From NCBI GenBank assembly GCA_050331235.1, contig JBHJHA010000064.1, positions 1 through 61,215 of the forward strand: a DNA stretch of 61,215 nucleotides. The letters run 5' to 3'. The notes under the pieces are model-generated. The model searched no databases. It had not been told where the DNA came from and saw only the letters and a list, made by a program, of their open reading frames with translations. This stretch comes from Leptolyngbyaceae cyanobacterium. GTDB lineage: Bacteria > Cyanobacteriota > Cyanobacteriia > Phormidesmidales > Phormidesmidaceae. This document shows, one piece after another, positions 49,765-59,657 of this stretch (position 1 is the first letter of the stretch; each line of letters begins with the position of its first letter). The translations under genes and the position numbers were made by a program.

Positions 49765-51447
49765 CTAGATCTGGATTGGATTGCCGTTGAGTCCCTCAAA
49801 TGTAAACGACCCAATCGGTTCCTGATAGGTACGACGGTTATCGCGTAGCATGCTGACGGCGAGCTTTTCACCCAGCAGGTTGCCACCCGTTTCAATGCCC
49901 GTACCCGGACGGTCGACGCCAGTGTTCGGTCCAAAAGCAGTGCCGTCAGTGCGCCAATGCATTCCAGCGCCATCGCGGAACAGTGTGACGTTAGCGATCA
50001 ACTTATTCAGCTCGCCGTGAATCGTCAGCGGTGCCCCTGTGTAGTTAGCCAGTTCATGGCCGCCATTAACCGGCACCTTTGGATTGGGAAACTCACCATC
50101 AGCAAAGTTAGCTTTGGCTACGGTGGCCGCCGCGGCAATGAAGACCGAATGGCCACCGGGATAGGCCGGATGGGTCGGGGAACCTTCGGGGAAGCCCATG
50201 GGCAGCAGCCAACTACCCGTGCGATCGCCCCGCAGATGAATCTGATTGAGCCGTTGGTTGTGTGCAAAGATGAGATCCAATACCTGAGTTTGCCGCCAAA
50301 CCTCAGCCCCTTCACCAAAAAGATGGTTGAACTTATCGTTGTTCAGCGGGCTATCTGGAGCCCCACCCAAGATTCCCCGGCGGAACAGTTCCAACCGCTG
50401 GGCGTAGACCTCAGGCCGCAACCGGCGATGGACACACCACTTTTGGAACCAGGCATGCTTCAGCGCGTAGACGCCAGCTAGGCCACTTTGCACAGCTACG
50501 TCTGGTCCTCCCAAGCTGCCAAAGGCTTCGGCCGTCGTAATGTTGCCATTGCCGTAGGGGTTGGCGGCTGACGGGTTCGCGCCCATGCCAAGCAAGATCA
50601 GGTTCGCCCAGAGACCAGACTGGAATGGAAAATCAATGTGCACCCACTGTCCTCCATCGCGCAGGGTGGTGATGTAGCGATCGCCCTCCAAAACGTCCGT
50701 GCCAGTGGGGTTCAGATCGCCGTTATTGACTCGATTCCACGTTGCCAAATCGGTCATGTAATCTAGGCCGGGACGCGGATAGCGCTGACGCTGGCGAATA
50801 GGTTGGTTGCCAAACTCAAAGTCTTGCAGCAAAAACTGTGACACATGGGGACCGACATCACAGCCTCGATAGGGACCGCGAAAGATCGTTTCTGGGGTGC
50901 AGGCAAAGCCAAACTCCTGCTCAAAGCCAAGGTTGTTCAAATCCTCACAGGCGGCAGCAATGAGACCACTGTTGGCATATTGGTCAAATCGCACATCGCG
51001 ACAGAGCGCCATCCAGTATCGCTCCACCATGTCCACCGCGGCATTGCGGCTGGCAAAGGCGGGAGCTGCCGCCATCCGGGCACCGTTGGAATCATTCCCG
51101 ATCGCTTGATAGGCGTAAGCATTCAAAGGGTTGGCCAAGAGGCGATCGCCGCCACCAAGCTGCACTTGTTCAAAGGCTTCAGCAGTACCTGCTTGGATCG
51201 CCTCGAACAATGACACGAGCGAAGCGCGATCGACTAAGCCGTTCGCATTGTGGGCTAGGGCCTTGGTGAAAGACGCAAAGCCAGGAAACCCAAGTTCGTC
51301 AAATCGCTGCTCGTCGCCGTTCGTTTCGGGGAGGCGTAAATCAAACCCGTCAAACGCGTCGTCACGCTTTTGATCGCGGCGGTTGCTGGCTTCGGTCCGG
51401 CGACCTTCAAAGTCTCGCTGTTGTAACGTAGGGCAATAATCAAACAT
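49765..51447 (-). CDS. Vanadium-dependent haloperoxidase
   Basis: ERYWMALCRDVRF, GPHVSQFLL, KHAWFQKWCVHRRLRPE, PEGSPTHPAYPGGH, GELNKL, RDGAGMHWRTD. Start at MFDY (GAGGA upstream) preferred; ORF is open to 51858. Confidence 0.9.
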   Translation of the reverse strand: MFDYCPTLQQRDFEGRRTEASNRRDQKRDDAFDGFDLRLPETNGDEQRFDELGFPGFASFTKALAHNANGLVDRASLVSLFEAIQAGTAEAFEQVQLGGGDRLLANPLNAYAYQAIGNDSNGARMAAAPAFASRNAAVDMVERYWMALCRDVRFDQYANSGLIAAACEDLNNLGFEQEFGFACTPETIFRGPYRGCDVGPHVSQFLLQDFEFGNQPIRQRQRYPRPGLDYMTDLATWNRVNNGDLNPTGTDVLEGDRYITTLRDGGQWVHIDFPFQSGLWANLILLGMGANPSAANPYGNGNITTAEAFGSLGGPDVAVQSGLAGVYALKHAWFQKWCVHRRLRPEVYAQRLELFRRGILGGAPDSPLNNDKFNHLFGEGAEVWRQTQVLDLIFAHNQRLNQIHLRGDRTGSWLLPMGFPEGSPTHPAYPGGHSVFIAAAATVAKANFADGEFPNPKVPVNGGHELANYTGAPLTIHGELNKLIANVTLFRDGAGMHWRTDGTAFGPNTGVDRPGTGIETGGNLLGEKLAVSMLRDNRRTYQEPIGSFTFEGLNGNPIQI

Positions 51448-51877
51448 TGAAGAAGTCCTCTGGAAGGGGGTAATTAAATCGCTACTGGATTGCAGACTTG
51501 CATCCAAGTCTTGACTCGCGGGCGATAGGGCCAAAGTGTGGGGCCGTTCTGAGAACACCCTCAGCCACCAAAATTTGAATATCTGCTTGATGTTCATGGG
51601 TCGACTCAGCCTTGTTTCGGCAGGTTTGGGCAATTCATTAGCCCGGGTGAGCGGCCTACACTTAGTTAGATAGACCTGTCGATCACTGGATGGACCGCTC
51701 GTTTCAGCCCCGGCTCTACTCGCTGTGTTGTGACCAACGTAATCGGTCCCTATCCGCTGCGGCATCACCCGTGTCGGGTGGTCTTTGGTCTCTGAAGGTG
51801 CTTCCCAAAAACCGGCATTCAGGCCGGCGAAGTTACCGACGGCAGTCGCTTGATCCACCTCGGATCAGAGCCATTCG

Positions 51878-52564
51878 TTAGACCTGTGATGGGTCTTCCT
51901 GCTTGCGCCGAATGCTCTTGAGATGCTGCTTGACCGTATTCAAGGTGATAAAAAGCTCTCGACCGATCTCTTCATAGGACAGCCCAAGGAGCGAGTGCTC
52001 CCAAACTTGCCGTTCCCGCTCTGTCAGTCGATACCGCTGGGCGTCAACCAGGGCTTGCTGGCGGGCTTTTTCTGTCAGATTGTCCAGCGTTAGCACGATA
52101 CCGGCGATCGCCTGTGGTTCCAATTCCATCCATTCAGCTTGAAGACATAACCGGGAGCGATCTGGTAGGAGCACATTGTCCTGTAACTGAACTCGATGCT
52201 CTGGAAACAACTGCCGACTTTCGACCAAGCAGTCAGCTAAGGTCTGGACTGGCATAGGTAACGACAACTGAGGGGTTGACACCGTCTCGCCGTTGCCATC
52301 GGCATGCATAGCACGACAAAGCTGTCTCGCGTAGGGGCTACTCTGCAGCAGCTTGCCTTGATGATCCAGCAGCATAAATCCCCGCGACGGAAACACCTTA
52401 TCCAGCAGAGTTTCAAACACTAGCGGCAAATACGCGATCGTCACTGATTCCGGAGCGAACATCGCGATCTGAGGTCGGTGCGCTGCGGCAATTGGCTGTA
52501 AAGCAATCGTTTGGCGAGGAGATTGAGTCGGGGGCTTGACGTCTAACACTAATCTGTCCTCCAA
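51878..52564 (-). CDS. LuxR-family HTH regulator with PAS-like N-terminal region
   Basis: LTERERQVW...GLSYEEIGRELFITLNTVKQHLKSIRRK. Confidence 0.85.
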   Translation of the reverse strand: MEDRLVLDVKPPTQSPRQTIALQPIAAAHRPQIAMFAPESVTIAYLPLVFETLLDKVFPSRGFMLLDHQGKLLQSSPYARQLCRAMHADGNGETVSTPQLSLPMPVQTLADCLVESRQLFPEHRVQLQDNVLLPDRSRLCLQAEWMELEPQAIAGIVLTLDNLTEKARQQALVDAQRYRLTERERQVWEHSLLGLSYEEIGRELFITLNTVKQHLKSIRRKQEDPSQV

Positions 52565-52835
52565 GGAAATGGGTCAGCACATTCATCAGTCGTTGTTGCC
52601 CGGTCAAAGGGAAAAGGGGCTAACGTTGACTCAACTGATGCGTTCCCCTTCAACTTCTCATTCCTGATTAGCGATGCCCAGGAGCAAGCAGCAGCGTCCC
52701 TCCAGACCGGTGTAGCTCCTCGACGGCTGGCTGTAGGTTCTGGAATTTGGCGGTAGTGGCGTGAAGTTAAGGGTGAAGTTTTGCCAATTGCGACGCGCTT
52801 ACCAAGCCTGCAGCCCCCCTTAATACCCTGTCGCC

Positions 52836-53870
52836 ATGAGCCTCCCATCCTCGCCGAGTCACATCAATGACTGGTTTCCCCTGGTTCGCCAAACGCTTTA
52901 CATCGATGCGATCGCGGGCCAATCTGGTCTGACTCGTCGCCAAGCCTGCTGCTTTATTCGACTTTGGGGCTATGCCTCGGTACAGTCGGCCATCCGCCAA
53001 GTACCCATTCACACTTTGCCCGCATCGGTTGAGCCGGTTTCCTGCTCCCACCGCGCCGCCGCGGATTTGTTTTATTGCGATCAGTCCCGGGGCAGCGAAC
53101 GATCTGCGGGTATGATGATCGACCAGCTCGTTGCCAAGCACCTAGTCAAGCGGGAGACCTTTGATGGCGGTCCCACCCGCTTGAGTCTGTATATCCCCCA
53201 CAGCTTCTTGCTGCCGACCCATCAGCCCGTCCGCCAAGAGCTCTACACCGATAGCTTTGATGTGCGACAGGATGCGTCCCAGGTAGCAGTCTTCTTAGAA
53301 GACGTTTACGGTTGGGTCAGCCAGCGCACCGAAACTACCTCCTTCAAGATTCTCAAGGTGCTTCGGCGATGGGCCCAAGCTTACCCCACTGGGTTACGGG
53401 TCTTGCGAGCCAAAGCCGATGATGAAACCGTCGGCTTTGCCGCTTTTTACCCCACCCACTCAGATTCAGAAGAAAACTTCCACCGATCGCCGACTTCTAG
53501 TTTGCACCTCAGCACCCTGGATGACCATGACCCGATCCGGGTGGCGAGCTCAGGGGATGAAGATTGCTACGCTGTTTTCATCCGGAGTTGGCAAATCCAG
53601 CCCGACTATTGGAACTACTCAACGGTGTGTCAGTTTTTGGCCGATGCCCAGTCAACTTTGAGCACCATGCGGGAGACCTTTCCCAATCTCTGCGACATGT
53701 ATGCCATCGCCATTCACCCCAGCTTAGAAACCCTGGCCTTTGCCTTGGGCTTCAAACCGATGAAGGCCGATGCGACTTGTTCTCTCCGCTGGATTCACAT
53801 GAGCCTGGATCAATTTATCGGGCTAGACATCGATGAAACCCTGGCCGATTATGATTTTGGCCGCCCTTGA
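52836..53870 (+). CDS. Hypothetical protein (possible N-terminal winged helix plus C-terminal GNAT-like fold)
   Basis: GLTRRQA...SHRAAADLFY...GMMIDQL...; later VGFAAFYP...FIRSWQI...LGFKP. Confidence 0.6.
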   Translation: MSLPSSPSHINDWFPLVRQTLYIDAIAGQSGLTRRQACCFIRLWGYASVQSAIRQVPIHTLPASVEPVSCSHRAAADLFYCDQSRGSERSAGMMIDQLVAKHLVKRETFDGGPTRLSLYIPHSFLLPTHQPVRQELYTDSFDVRQDASQVAVFLEDVYGWVSQRTETTSFKILKVLRRWAQAYPTGLRVLRAKADDETVGFAAFYPTHSDSEENFHRSPTSSLHLSTLDDHDPIRVASSGDEDCYAVFIRSWQIQPDYWNYSTVCQFLADAQSTLSTMRETFPNLCDMYAIAIHPSLETLAFALGFKPMKADATCSLRWIHMSLDQFIGLDIDETLADYDFGRP

Positions 53871-53994
53871 CAATATCGGTTTCAGAAGAACAGATTTGGC
53901 CATTTTCGGTTGATTTTGAGCAGGGAGGCTAGGGGCTGGGGAACGCCTACCAATAGGGGATTGTTCCGAATCAGCCTTCAACTGCTAGGTATGA

Positions 53995-55362
53995 CTACAG
54001 TTGTCCCTGCCACTCTAAGGTTTGATCAGCGGAGTTTTGGCCGAGCGATCGCATCACCCGCAGCTCCAACTGCATATGCGTTCCCTGACGAAAATAGTGA
54101 TCGCTGATAGGTAGCTGCCCCAGAGATAATACAAATCGATTTTGGTCTTGGGTAATGGCACTGGCCGGCACTATGCCGGAGAATTGCTCTTCGTAGCGGA
54201 CTCGACGATTGTCCCGCGGATCGTCATCCGTTGTTCGATACACCAATTCGAACTGGGTACTCACAAATTCTGACTCTCCGCCCAAATCAATCACCGAAAT
54301 AGCCCAGTCATCGCCACGTCCGGTTTGAGTGCCCCAAGCCAGATCTGTTACCTGATCGGCGCGGGCCACCTGATCAATCACGATGATGGCTTGGCGAGCC
54401 GACTGTTCAATCCGGCTTGCCACCCAAAGGGTTTCGGGTAAGTCAAGCTGTACAGTTCCCGTTTCACTGAGGCGAACCCTAGGAGAAGTCGCCAAAAAGG
54501 TGCGGGGCGATCGCCCAGCCTGCCACTGTAGCTGTACCGGCAGCTCGAGGCGCTCAACATAGTGAGCGTAGCGATCATTCACCACAGAGCCAGAAGCCAG
54601 CAGTGCTCCAGCACCGATTCTGGCTTCCCAAACATGTCGCGATAGCGTCACTGGCTGTTCCAGCCAATTGCTCAACGGCTGAGTAACTTCAGGTTGTTCG
54701 CTCAGCAAGGGACCCTCGCGGTTCACCAGCCAGACTTGGCCGAGGTCCCCCGGCTGACCGGCCTGACCATTGCGACCATACTGTCCTGTATCGCCATCGC
54801 GACAGTCGTAATGTTCTTCCCGGCAGCTACCCTCTCGGCAGACCTGAACGGTCCACCTGCGGTCATCGCAGCGACATCCCGCTGCGCCCACTCCGCCCCG
54901 GCCACCTCGACCGGGACGTCCCCCGGCGGCATTGACCACAACTTGCCGCAGTTGGGCAATATCTGTGTAATACAGGATAATATCGCCGCCTTGTCCCCCA
55001 TCGCCACCTCGCCCCCCATCGCCGCCATCGCCGCCATCGGGAGCTTGGAGGTCATATCGCACATCTCGGGGCTGGGCCGGACAACTGGGGCGATCGCCGC
55101 GATCGCCGTCTTCTCCATCCTGTGCCGCTGCGCCGACAAGCTCAACTTGCTGAAAGGTGCCATCGGCTCTTAGACTCTGGGTCTGGCCCGCCCGCCCATC
55201 CTGACCATCACGGCCATCGTGACCATCGCGACCATCACGGCCATAGGTGCGAATTTGTTGCGCCCAAGCTGATAAATCCGGTCTCAGCGGCTTCCACCCA
55301 GTCACCGCCACCAAGAGGGTCGCCAAAGCAATGCTAGACCAAGTTGCAACACGCACATTCAT
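53995..55362 (-). CDS. Secreted collagen-like (Gly-X-Y) repeat protein
   Basis: Signal segment; GRDGRDGHDGRDGQDG and GGDGGDGG repeats; Cys-rich insert. Confidence 0.75.
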   Translation of the reverse strand: MNVRVATWSSIALATLLVAVTGWKPLRPDLSAWAQQIRTYGRDGRDGHDGRDGQDGRAGQTQSLRADGTFQQVELVGAAAQDGEDGDRGDRPSCPAQPRDVRYDLQAPDGGDGGDGGRGGDGGQGGDIILYYTDIAQLRQVVVNAAGGRPGRGGRGGVGAAGCRCDDRRWTVQVCREGSCREEHYDCRDGDTGQYGRNGQAGQPGDLGQVWLVNREGPLLSEQPEVTQPLSNWLEQPVTLSRHVWEARIGAGALLASGSVVNDRYAHYVERLELPVQLQWQAGRSPRTFLATSPRVRLSETGTVQLDLPETLWVASRIEQSARQAIIVIDQVARADQVTDLAWGTQTGRGDDWAISVIDLGGESEFVSTQFELVYRTTDDDPRDNRRVRYEEQFSGIVPASAITQDQNRFVLSLGQLPISDHYFRQGTHMQLELRVMRSLGQNSADQTLEWQGQL

Positions 55363-55583
55363 CGTTTTGATGGCAAAAAGTTAACTACAGCACGTCTCCC
55401 AACTGGCTGACCTCAACGGTCTCGGCCAGCTCGGCTAGATACCAGCCCCTGACGGATTAGGGGCGATCGCGCCTTCAATTCCGACGACGCGTTCCATCCA
55501 CAACAAGTTTCATCTTGTCAGCCGCTCCCCGTCATGAACTGGGCCAAAACTATTTGCTCCCCGACTTTACAGCCGGAGAAGAC

Positions 55584-56504
55584 CTAGGAGTCAAAGCTGC
55601 CTAACAACCGCACTTCAGGATGCAGACGCACCTGCCACTTTTCTTCTACCCGATCTTGCACGAGATGGATCAGATCTAATACATTCTTGGCCGTTGCTCC
55701 CCCAACATTGACAATAAAGTTGGCATGCATGGGCGAAACTTGAGCCTGTCCAAGCTGCAAAGCTTTGAGCCCCGTCTGCTCAATAAGCCAACCTGCCGTA
55801 CGGGGCAACGGATTGCGAAACACGCTGCCACAACTGGGTAGATGATAAGGCTGCGTTGAGCGACGTTTTTCCAATGCCGCTTGGGTTTCAGCGATGACGA
55901 TCTTGGCATCATAACCAGGCTGTAGCTGAAATTTAGCTTGGGTGACTAAACACTTTTGAGTTTGCAAGCTGGAACTCCGATAGGCAAACTGTAGAACCTC
56001 TGGTGTCAGAGTGACCGTCTTACCAGATCCCGTGACACCTTGCGCCTCAACTAGGCTATCGGCCGTACAAGCACCCTGGGCACCGGCATTCATAAAGATC
56101 GCCCCCCCAACCGTGCCGGGGATACCCACTGCCCACTCAAGGCCGCGCCAGCCGCGGCGGGCAGCTTTCCATGCCAAGTTAGGCAAAGGTTCACCTGCCG
56201 CCGCCGTCAAAGAGCCGGTCCCTTCATCGAAGGCCGCCCCTCGTAGATGACGGGTGCAAACGACAAGCCCCCGGACTCCGCGATCGCTGATTAGCAAGTT
56301 TGACCCAGCCCCTAAAAAGGTCACAGGCAGATCACTCTGACCGGCCCACTTTAAGGTCTCGACCACGGCGTCTGGCGTTTTGGGCAAAGCAAACCAATCA
56401 GCAGTGCCTCCAACTCGGTAAGAGGTGAAATCAGCTAAAGAAATTTGCTGCTTCACAGGAAACTTTGGCTGCACAACCACGTCAGTAGCATCCATGAAAC
56501 ACAA
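55584..56504 (-). CDS. murB: UDP-N-acetylmuramate dehydrogenase
   Basis: [45 protein letters not shown]. Confidence 0.95.
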   Translation of the reverse strand: MCFMDATDVVVQPKFPVKQQISLADFTSYRVGGTADWFALPKTPDAVVETLKWAGQSDLPVTFLGAGSNLLISDRGVRGLVVCTRHLRGAAFDEGTGSLTAAAGEPLPNLAWKAARRGWRGLEWAVGIPGTVGGAIFMNAGAQGACTADSLVEAQGVTGSGKTVTLTPEVLQFAYRSSSLQTQKCLVTQAKFQLQPGYDAKIVIAETQAALEKRRSTQPYHLPSCGSVFRNPLPRTAGWLIEQTGLKALQLGQAQVSPMHANFIVNVGGATAKNVLDLIHLVQDRVEEKWQVRLHPEVRLLGSFDS

Positions 56505-56545
56505 GCATCTTATTGTACCGCTGCGACTGCAGGCGCGATCGCCCG

Positions 56546-58036
56546 TTAGGCCTGTTGCACAGTCTGCATTTCTGCTGCCATAAAGGGCTCCATCACGTCA
56601 GGAATGATGCGATTGAGATTACCAGCACCCAAAAATAACGCCATGTCTCCTGGCTGCAAACGCTCTTTGAGTACGGTGCTTACCGCGTCTAACGAGGGAC
56701 AGTACTGTACATGGGGATGATGAACCGCGATCGCCTGTCCTACCGCTTGGGTAGAAAATCCAGAAGGTGCCGCTTCACCAGCACTATATACATCCGTGAC
56801 AATCACTTCATCGGCTTGCTCAAAGGCCTCAGCAAAGTCGTTTAAAAATGCCTTAATCCGGCTATAGCGGTGGGGCTGAAAGATGGCTACGATGCGATTG
56901 ACCTCTCCTCCCAAAGACGTATGACCAGATTTCAAAAGGCGAGCCGTTGACAGGGTCGCCTTGATCTCACTCGGATGGTGAGCATAGTCGTCGATAAACT
57001 GAATACCACTGTAATAACCCCGTCGCTCAAACCGACGACGGGCTCCCTCAAACCGCGCCAATCCCGCGGCCAAGTGAGCAAACTCAAGCCCCATCCGACG
57101 CCCGGCAGCAATTACCGCCAAAGCATTACTTAGGTTGTGTTTGCCAGGCACCGACAGGCGTAAAATTCCTAACCGAGCACCGTTTTCAGAGACGACTGCC
57201 CGAGTACCCGTCGCGCTGTAAACCACATCGCTGATTGTGTAGTCCGCCTGGCCCCCAACTTCAACACTGTAGGTAATGTCAGGCTGGATGAACTGAGTGA
57301 TTGTCTGACAGTCGGCAGAAACAATCACCGTTTCAGTTTGCTGAGCAAATCGCTGAAAAATAGCCACAACATCGTTCAGACTGCTGTAGTGATCAGGGTG
57401 ATCCAGCTCAATGTTGGTAATGATGCCAATGCTGGGCGATAGCTTTACTAAAGATCCATCAGACTCATCCGCTTCAGCGATAAACCAATCGCTTTGCCCC
57501 AGCCGAGCGTTGCCTTCCCAGGCAGAAACTTCCCCGCCCACCACAATGGTCGGATCGACATTAGCGGCCAGCAGCGCATAGCCCATCATGCTGCTAGTAG
57601 TGGTTTTACCGTGAGTACCGGCAACGGCAATACTTTCACGCTGTTGCATTAATGCGGCCAGTAGGTCCGAACGATGAAAAATCGGGCACCCCATTTGCAA
57701 AGCAGCTCGATATTCTTCATTGCTCTCGTTAATCGCGGTAGAACAAACCACCTGAGGCAAAACATGGTTATCAGACTGACTAGCATCGGATAGAAAACTG
57801 CTATCGGAGCCATTCAGCAAGTCTCGGTCAAAGAATCTAAGATTGTCTGCTTCTTGACGCCAAAAGATGTGTGCACCCGCTTCTTGCAAGCGCTGAGTAA
57901 TGTGACTCAGCCGTAAATCTGACCCTGAAACCGGTAGCCGCTGCTGCGTCAAGACGTAAGCCAACGCAGACATGCCTATCCCTCCAATTCCGATGAAATG
58001 AAAGGGCCTACCGCTGAAATCCACAGAATTCAGCAT
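56546..58036 (-). CDS. murC: UDP-N-acetylmuramate--L-alanine ligase
   Basis: HFIGIGGIGMS, AGTHGKTTT, EADESDGS, DDYAHHP, FQPHRYSR; GAGGAG RBS before ATG 58036. Confidence 0.96.
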   Translation of the reverse strand: MLNSVDFSGRPFHFIGIGGIGMSALAYVLTQQRLPVSGSDLRLSHITQRLQEAGAHIFWRQEADNLRFFDRDLLNGSDSSFLSDASQSDNHVLPQVVCSTAINESNEEYRAALQMGCPIFHRSDLLAALMQQRESIAVAGTHGKTTTSSMMGYALLAANVDPTIVVGGEVSAWEGNARLGQSDWFIAEADESDGSLVKLSPSIGIITNIELDHPDHYSSLNDVVAIFQRFAQQTETVIVSADCQTITQFIQPDITYSVEVGGQADYTISDVVYSATGTRAVVSENGARLGILRLSVPGKHNLSNALAVIAAGRRMGLEFAHLAAGLARFEGARRRFERRGYYSGIQFIDDYAHHPSEIKATLSTARLLKSGHTSLGGEVNRIVAIFQPHRYSRIKAFLNDFAEAFEQADEVIVTDVYSAGEAAPSGFSTQAVGQAIAVHHPHVQYCPSLDAVSTVLKERLQPGDMALFLGAGNLNRIIPDVMEPFMAAEMQTVQQA

Positions 58037-58039
58037 CTT

Positions 58040-58066
58040 ACACTCCTCAACATGCCATACCACACC
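58040..58066 (-). promoter_or_regulatory. Putative Yfr1 sRNA target site in the murC 5' leader
   Basis: mRNA GGUGUGGU...UUGAGGAGUGU is complementary to the Yfr1 core ACUCCUCACAC(CACAC). Confidence 0.55.
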
Positions 58067-58784
58067 AATATCAGGCGTATCATACCAGGTATCCCAAAGA
58101 TGACCTAAAAATTGGCCCCAGAACCTGAACCAAAGCCTCTCAACTGATTTCTAGCCGTTTAGTGGCCTATCTCAGCGAGCCAGTGGATGCGTCGTAGCAA
58201 GCTATCATCCCGGTGGGTGCTGAGTGGTTAAGCCCAGATCATCAACTGAGTATTTTCTTGCCAACGCAGGGCAAGCTGCCCAGTTTTCTCGACGCCTTAT
58301 TGATAGCTATCCGTACAGACAGCTATCAATTCATACAGTCTTGAGTTGATGGTTCCCGAATATAGCAGGGGATCTGATTTTCAGAACATCTCTAAAGCAG
58401 TAAATTCAAAGAATTTGGAGGAAATTAAGTTTCAAGTCGGATTTTGTCCCATCCTTTTCACAGCAGCTACATTTGGTGGCTTATTCAGGGTGTGGCTATC
58501 CCCATCACCCCCATTTGGGTGTGTCCTGCGTCTATTTTTGCAGCTATTTACGGGACAGCAAAGCAGGCGATCGCTGTATGCACTCAACTCTTGTTTATAA
58601 AGTTCCGATAAAACTTGAGAGCTGCCTTATAAGCAGCAGCGATGACCAGCTATTTCAGTGATTGCTTCATACCTGCATCGACCCTTGTCGTCTTTCGGCG
58701 ATCGCATCACAAGTTTTGGATCGCCGCCTTAGGCAAAGGTTTCTAATCTAGATAACAACCAATAAGTTACTTTTGGGGAGCGCA

Positions 58785-59657
58785 ATGGTTGAGTTTGCTA
58801 CTGCATCTATACTCCCGGCAGAGGATTATGAACGAGTTGCTGCCGCGATCTCGTTTATCGAGTCGCATCGCCAGCAGCAGCCTGACTTAGCCAGAGTGGC
58901 TCATCATGTCCACCTCAGTGAGTCCCACTTTCAGAAAATGTTCACTCGCTGGGCGGGCGTCAGTCCCAAACGTTTTTTAGAGCTGTTGACATTGGAAGAT
59001 ACAAAGCGCCGTTTAGCCACAGCGCAATCTTTGCTATCGATCACCCTGGAGACTGGTCTGTCCAGCCCCAGCCGGTTACATGATCTCTACATTCGGTTTG
59101 AAGCAATGACACCGGCAACCTATCGCCAAGGAGGGGAGGGTTTAGCGATCGCCTATGGGTTTCATCCAACCCGCTTTGGCACCGCCCTGATCGCCACCAC
59201 AGAACGCGGCATTTGCAGCCTACAGTTTTGTCATCCCGGCAGTACGGATACCGCGATTAATGGGCTGCAACAGCGGTGGCCTCGGGCAACTTTCATCCTT
59301 GATCCAAGTCGTACTCAGCCTATTCAAGCAAGCCTGCAAGGATTGCCCCAGGCACCCACTCGACCGCTATCCCTTTTCGTCAAAGGCACGAACTTTCAAA
59401 TTCAGGTGTGGCGGGCTCTGCTCCGGCTACCCTTTGGCAGCTTAGCCACTTATCAAGATATTGCCAACGATATTGGCAAACCCAAGGCGGCTCGAGCGGT
59501 GGGCACTGCTATTGGAGCCAATCCCATTGGCTATCTGATTCCCTGTCATCGGGTGATTCGCCGTACGGCGGAGTTAGGTGGCTACCGCTGGGGTCAACTC
59601 CGTAAGGCCGCCATGGTCGGCTGGGAAGCCAGTCAACAGGAGACCCAAACCCCATGA
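58785..59657 (+). CDS. ada: Ada-like AraC-HTH / methylated-DNA-[protein]-cysteine methyltransferase
   Basis: HFQKMFTRWAGVSPKRF, GTNFQIQVW, ARAVGTA, IPCHRVI. Confidence 0.88.
   Translation: MVEFATASILPAEDYERVAAAISFIESHRQQQPDLARVAHHVHLSESHFQKMFTRWAGVSPKRFLELLTLEDTKRRLATAQSLLSITLETGLSSPSRLHDLYIRFEAMTPATYRQGGEGLAIAYGFHPTRFGTALIATTERGICSLQFCHPGSTDTAINGLQQRWPRATFILDPSRTQPIQASLQGLPQAPTRPLSLFVKGTNFQIQVWRALLRLPFGSLATYQDIANDIGKPKAARAVGTAIGANPIGYLIPCHRVIRRTAELGGYRWGQLRKAAMVGWEASQQETQTP

Noticed and set aside
51448..51858. 137-aa N-terminal extension of the haloperoxidase
   Set aside because: No recognisable domain, and a good RBS precedes the internal MFDY start; the extension cannot be excluded but is unsupported
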